64,000 nt of DNA from Podarcis pityusensis (taxonomy: Eukaryota), in NCBI GenBank assembly GCA_964106645.2, contig OZ067042.1, one strand, 5' to 3'. Below are positions 60,239 through 64,000 of this stretch, piece by piece (position 1 is the stretch's first letter; each line of letters begins with the position of its first letter). The notes under the pieces are model-generated. The model was given only the letters and a program-made list of their open reading frames with translations. It did no database searches and had not been told where the DNA came from. The translations under genes were made by a program, and so were the position numbers.

Positions 60239-60855
60239 CAGTGGTGCCTTGGTTTACAAACTAAATCCATTCTGGAAGCCTGTTCTTAAACTAAAGCCGT
60301 TCTCAAACTGAGGCGCACTTTCCCTAATGAGGCCTCCCACCACCAGTGCTCTTCCACCATTCAGCTTCCATTCTTTGTTGTTGTTTAGTCGTGTCCGACT
60401 CTTCGTGACCCCATGGACCAGAGCACACCAGGGACTCCTGTCTTCCACTGCCTCCCGCAGTTTGGTCAGACTCATGCTGGTAGCTTCCAGAACACTGTCC
60501 AACCATCTGGTCCTCTGTCATCCCCTTCTCCTTGTGCCCTCCATCTTTCCCAACATCAGGGTCTTTTCCAGGGAGTCTTCTCTTCTCATTAGGTGGCCAA
60601 AGTATTGGAGCCTCAGCTTCAGGAGCTGTCCTTCCAGTGAGCACTCAGGGCTGTCTAGGTTTGTCATCGCTTTTCACCCAAGAAGCAGGCGTCTTTTAAT
60701 TTCGTGGCTGCCGTCACCATCTGCAGTGATCATGGAGCCCAAGAAAGTGAAATCTTGAGGTAATGTTCACTAGCCGGAACACTACTTCTGGTTTTGCGGA
60801 GTTCGTATACTGAATAGTTCATAAACACAGCTGTTCTTAAACCGAGGGACCATTG
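60239..60855. mobile_element. Tc1/mariner MITE interrupted by BovB
   Basis: TA|CAGTGGTGCCTTGGTTTA...TAAACCGAGGGACCATTG|TA. Confidence 0.75.
60376..60755 (-). mobile_element. BovB (RTE) LINE 3' fragment with internal deletion
   Basis: Minus-strand peptide ...MSLTKLREAVEDR..W.ALVHGVTKSRTRLN and (CAA)n tail. Confidence 0.9.
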
Positions 60856-61549
60856 TACTATTCCATTGCTTGTACGGTTATTGTTGGTCAATTAATGTAA
60901 ACATTTGAGAGACTAAAAATGACTATAAATAAAGAGCTGATAAGCACATCAATATTGAAACACTGAAAATGAAATATTATTTTCTGTTATTATTTTCCCA
61001 ATTTGGGAGGAAATAAAAGTAAACAGTAAAAATAGCTATTGATTAATTGCAGGCCGTAGTGTTGAAAAATTATTTTTGAATGCATTTTGGAAAGATCTAG
61101 CAAAAGAAAATAACAGTACGAGAGAAGTTTGTTTTCCTACTGATGGCCTATGACCATCCTCTCTACCTTGGATTTCAATTTATATGCTCATCTAGTGCAG
61201 TTAAAATGTGGAATTGCTTTTTCTACCCCTGCCTCCATGCAAATCCCTTAGCTTATATGCAAGCAAAGGGAAATGTTTAAATATTCTCAGATATATTTTT
61301 GGGAACAGATGTTTGAATTGCTTTCATGCAGAAATAATTGCAAGATTGTGTCTGGGGAACAGAGCAATATGGACTACTAAAGGACATCCATGTTGTCAGG
61401 ATGTGCTTTCAATGTTAATTGTCTGTTTTAGAATTTGGTGATTTGCAAATAAGAAGCAATCGTAGGCTCTTAATATTCTGCAATAACAGTTTCAAACACT
61501 GCCTTGGGCACACAGTCTTTCTAGAAATAACTTGGGGTAGTGTCTTATA

Positions 61550-62743
61550 TGAGGGGGGAAATACTACTTATCTATGGGTCAGGGCGCTGAGTTTAGGGCA
61601 ACCTAATGTGGAGGGCAGGCCACTACAGATGGAATATGAGCTTAAATATCTCTCAGAGGCGCTGCTGCCTGTCCATTGCTGGAGCATGCCAGGGTACTGA
61701 CTGGAGGGAGGTGGATGGCCGTCAAAGCAGTGGTGGCAGCAGAGAAAGTTCATTTGGTGGCTGCCACAAGCAGAGCTAGGCCTGACCTGGTTTGGAGGGA
61801 GTGTTTGTGACGGAAAAGTTTGTTTTTGCTGAGCAGGTTGGTTCACCAAGTGTTTTCTTTTTCTTTTTCCCTGCCAGCAAACAGTTAACGAACGGCAGCT
61901 TATGATTGGCCAGGGTTCCAGAAGGGGGAGTTGAAAAGGAGAGGATTTTAAAAGACAGTTGAGTAGGTTGGGCTTGAGATTGAGAGATAGGGAGAGAAAG
62001 GAGAGAGAGTTGGTTCTGGGTAGAAACATCCGCTCTGGGGAATATATCAAAAGCTAGAGAAATAAGTCTCTGAGCTTAGTGTGAAGGACAGTGTGGGATG
62101 TCCTGTATGAGTAATTAGGCCAGGAATTAACTGGGAGGCTGAGGCTGAGCCAGGAGGGAAGAGATTCTTCTACAAAAAGAGAAGACTCCCAAACCAGTTA
62201 AGAGGGGTGTGGAGATCCCTTGGGTCTGTTACTTGGAGTACCTCAGGAGTAGGGTCGTCTAAGGGGTGTGGAACTGACAGGAAGTACCACCTTGTTTAAG
62301 AACCAAAGTATTAAGCAGCAACAGCTGTGCACCAACGGAGAAAGCACTGAAGTGAAATAACATTATAATCTGAAGTATCCTATGTTTTACCCACTTGTGT
62401 CATAAACTTCCTTTGTTAAATAAAATATTTATTGTTTATTTGATCAAATCCTGCCTGAGACTCCAAATTACAGTGTTACCTCACTTTAAGAACAGTCCTG
62501 TTTATGAACGATTTGATTTACGAACTCTGCAATACTACAAGTAGTGTCCTGTTTTGCAAACTTTACCTCGGTCTAAGAATGTAATCTGAACAGTGGAAGG
62601 GCACCGGCGGCGGGAGGCCTCATTAGGGAAACCGTGCCTCAGTTTAAGAACGGTTTCGGTTTAAGAATGGACTTCCGGAATGGATTAAGTTCATAAACTG
62701 AGGTACCACTGTATTACGTTTTCCCTCACACAAGTCCCCCACA
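61550..62743 (+). mobile_element. Possible LTR element carrying a MITE insertion
   Basis: Purine-rich LTR-like sequence with AATAAA at ~62420, ending CCCCCACA; 5' boundary and TSD uncertain. Confidence 0.35.
62471..62711. mobile_element. Tc1/mariner MITE
   Basis: TA|CAGTGTTACCTCA...TGAGGTACCACTG|TA. Confidence 0.88.
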
Positions 62744-64000
62744 AGATAATCTGAGGTAGTTTGTGGAAATTCATGGAATTGGTGTTCTGTGAGGTGGGTG
62801 CACTATATTGAAGTGAGAGTGGGCCCAACGCCGCCAGGGGGAAAAGTGACTTTGCGCTGTTGCATGTTCACAGAGGAGACCATCATTACCGCCATGTCAA
62901 GGGCTCCAAAGGTTTGGCCCTGGACAGAGCCTGGTTGTGGAATTTACAGTTTGTGCATCACAATGGCTAAAGGGCACAAAGCAAGTAGTACAAATTTAGC
63001 ATGCATCATGTTTGTAAGCCCATCTTAGAATTTGAAGGTGCTGAATACCTATTTAAAACATGGGGACTTAGCTATTTTACGCTCTTCTGGATCAACTTTG
63101 ACCAGCTGGAAAGCTCAGCCAGCAAGAGGGAAGACATCTCACATTTTAAAAAACAAGCCAGGACCTGAAATGTGTCCCATGGCAGATCAAAAAGGCATGT
63201 AGCTCATGTAGAGAAATAAATATTGCTTAAGGACAGAGAATTTTCAGTACTAGAATCCTATACATTTTTGATGGGTTCAAAGGAGGCTCATTTAAGAGCC
63301 AGTGAGCCTATTGCAGCTTGGTGGAAAATATTCTCTCTAGGGAAGGTACTGGCAGCCTGGGCAATTGGGCCAGACTATGGGAATTTTTCCAGACAGGCCA
63401 GACACATATTTGTCCAAGGGAGCAAGCACCCTTTCTTCATAGTAATGTCCTTTTTACAGAATTAATGTCTCCATGTGGAGCTGAAGTGAAAGCTATAAAT
63501 GCCTTGTATAAAGGTTTGTTAGTTTCTTTCCCTCTTCTTTCCCCCAACACCACAAAAACCAATCTAGCACTACACAAAAGAGAAAAGATGGCAAAACTAA
63601 CAGCTGCCTTCTTATGGAAGCCACTTGAAATTACCTCAGGGCAGCAGCTTCACACATCAGCCTGTCCCATGACCACACTGCAAGAAGAAGAAAGGCGAGG
63701 CAATTTTATATGCAATTTTGGCAGCAACCATATCAACAAGTGGCAGCCCAGAGAAGTGACTAAGAAAAATGGAAATGGCAGGGAAACATTTCAAGCTGCT
63801 AATTTTCTGGCCAAAGGATGAAAAGAACTGGAGATTGAATCACAAGTTACACCCCTCAACTGCATAGCTGATCTCACCTACATTTGTAAGCACTGAGCAA
63901 TTGTCATCCCAGTGAAGGAAATTCTGAGGCTGCTTGCATACAGTGGGAGTAAAAATTTTAATGCAAATCACAAACTTGTGTGGGTGTGATCTGGGCTGGA

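Overview
This is vertebrate nuclear DNA. Sauria SINEs, BovB, L2, CR1, L1 and hAT/Tc1-mariner MITEs point to a squamate reptile, probably a lacertid lizard (inference). No intact host protein-coding gene is recognisable; the long ORFs are LINE remnants. The main structure is a ~17 kb tRNA gene cluster arranged as a large inverted duplication (~17.7-22.6 kb vs ~30.6-34.5 kb). It is built from a repeated divergent tRNA-His(-)/tRNA-Thr(+) unit plus decayed tRNA-Pro copies. One tRNA-Thr body occurs with all four anticodons (AGT, TGT, CGT, GGT). Two copies of a tRNA-His body carry a rewritten anticodon loop reading GGG (Pro) while every stem stays paired. Also notable: a TSD-flanked 2.2 kb L1 derivative lacking most of ORF2 in the palindrome spacer, a duplicated and unidentified coding-exon relic with synonymous-biased divergence (34.7-37.1 kb), and a dense same-strand cluster of RTCAAATA motifs at 40.5-40.8 kb. 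Coordinates were read by eye. tRNA and TSD-bounded elements should be near exact; old repeats are approximate.
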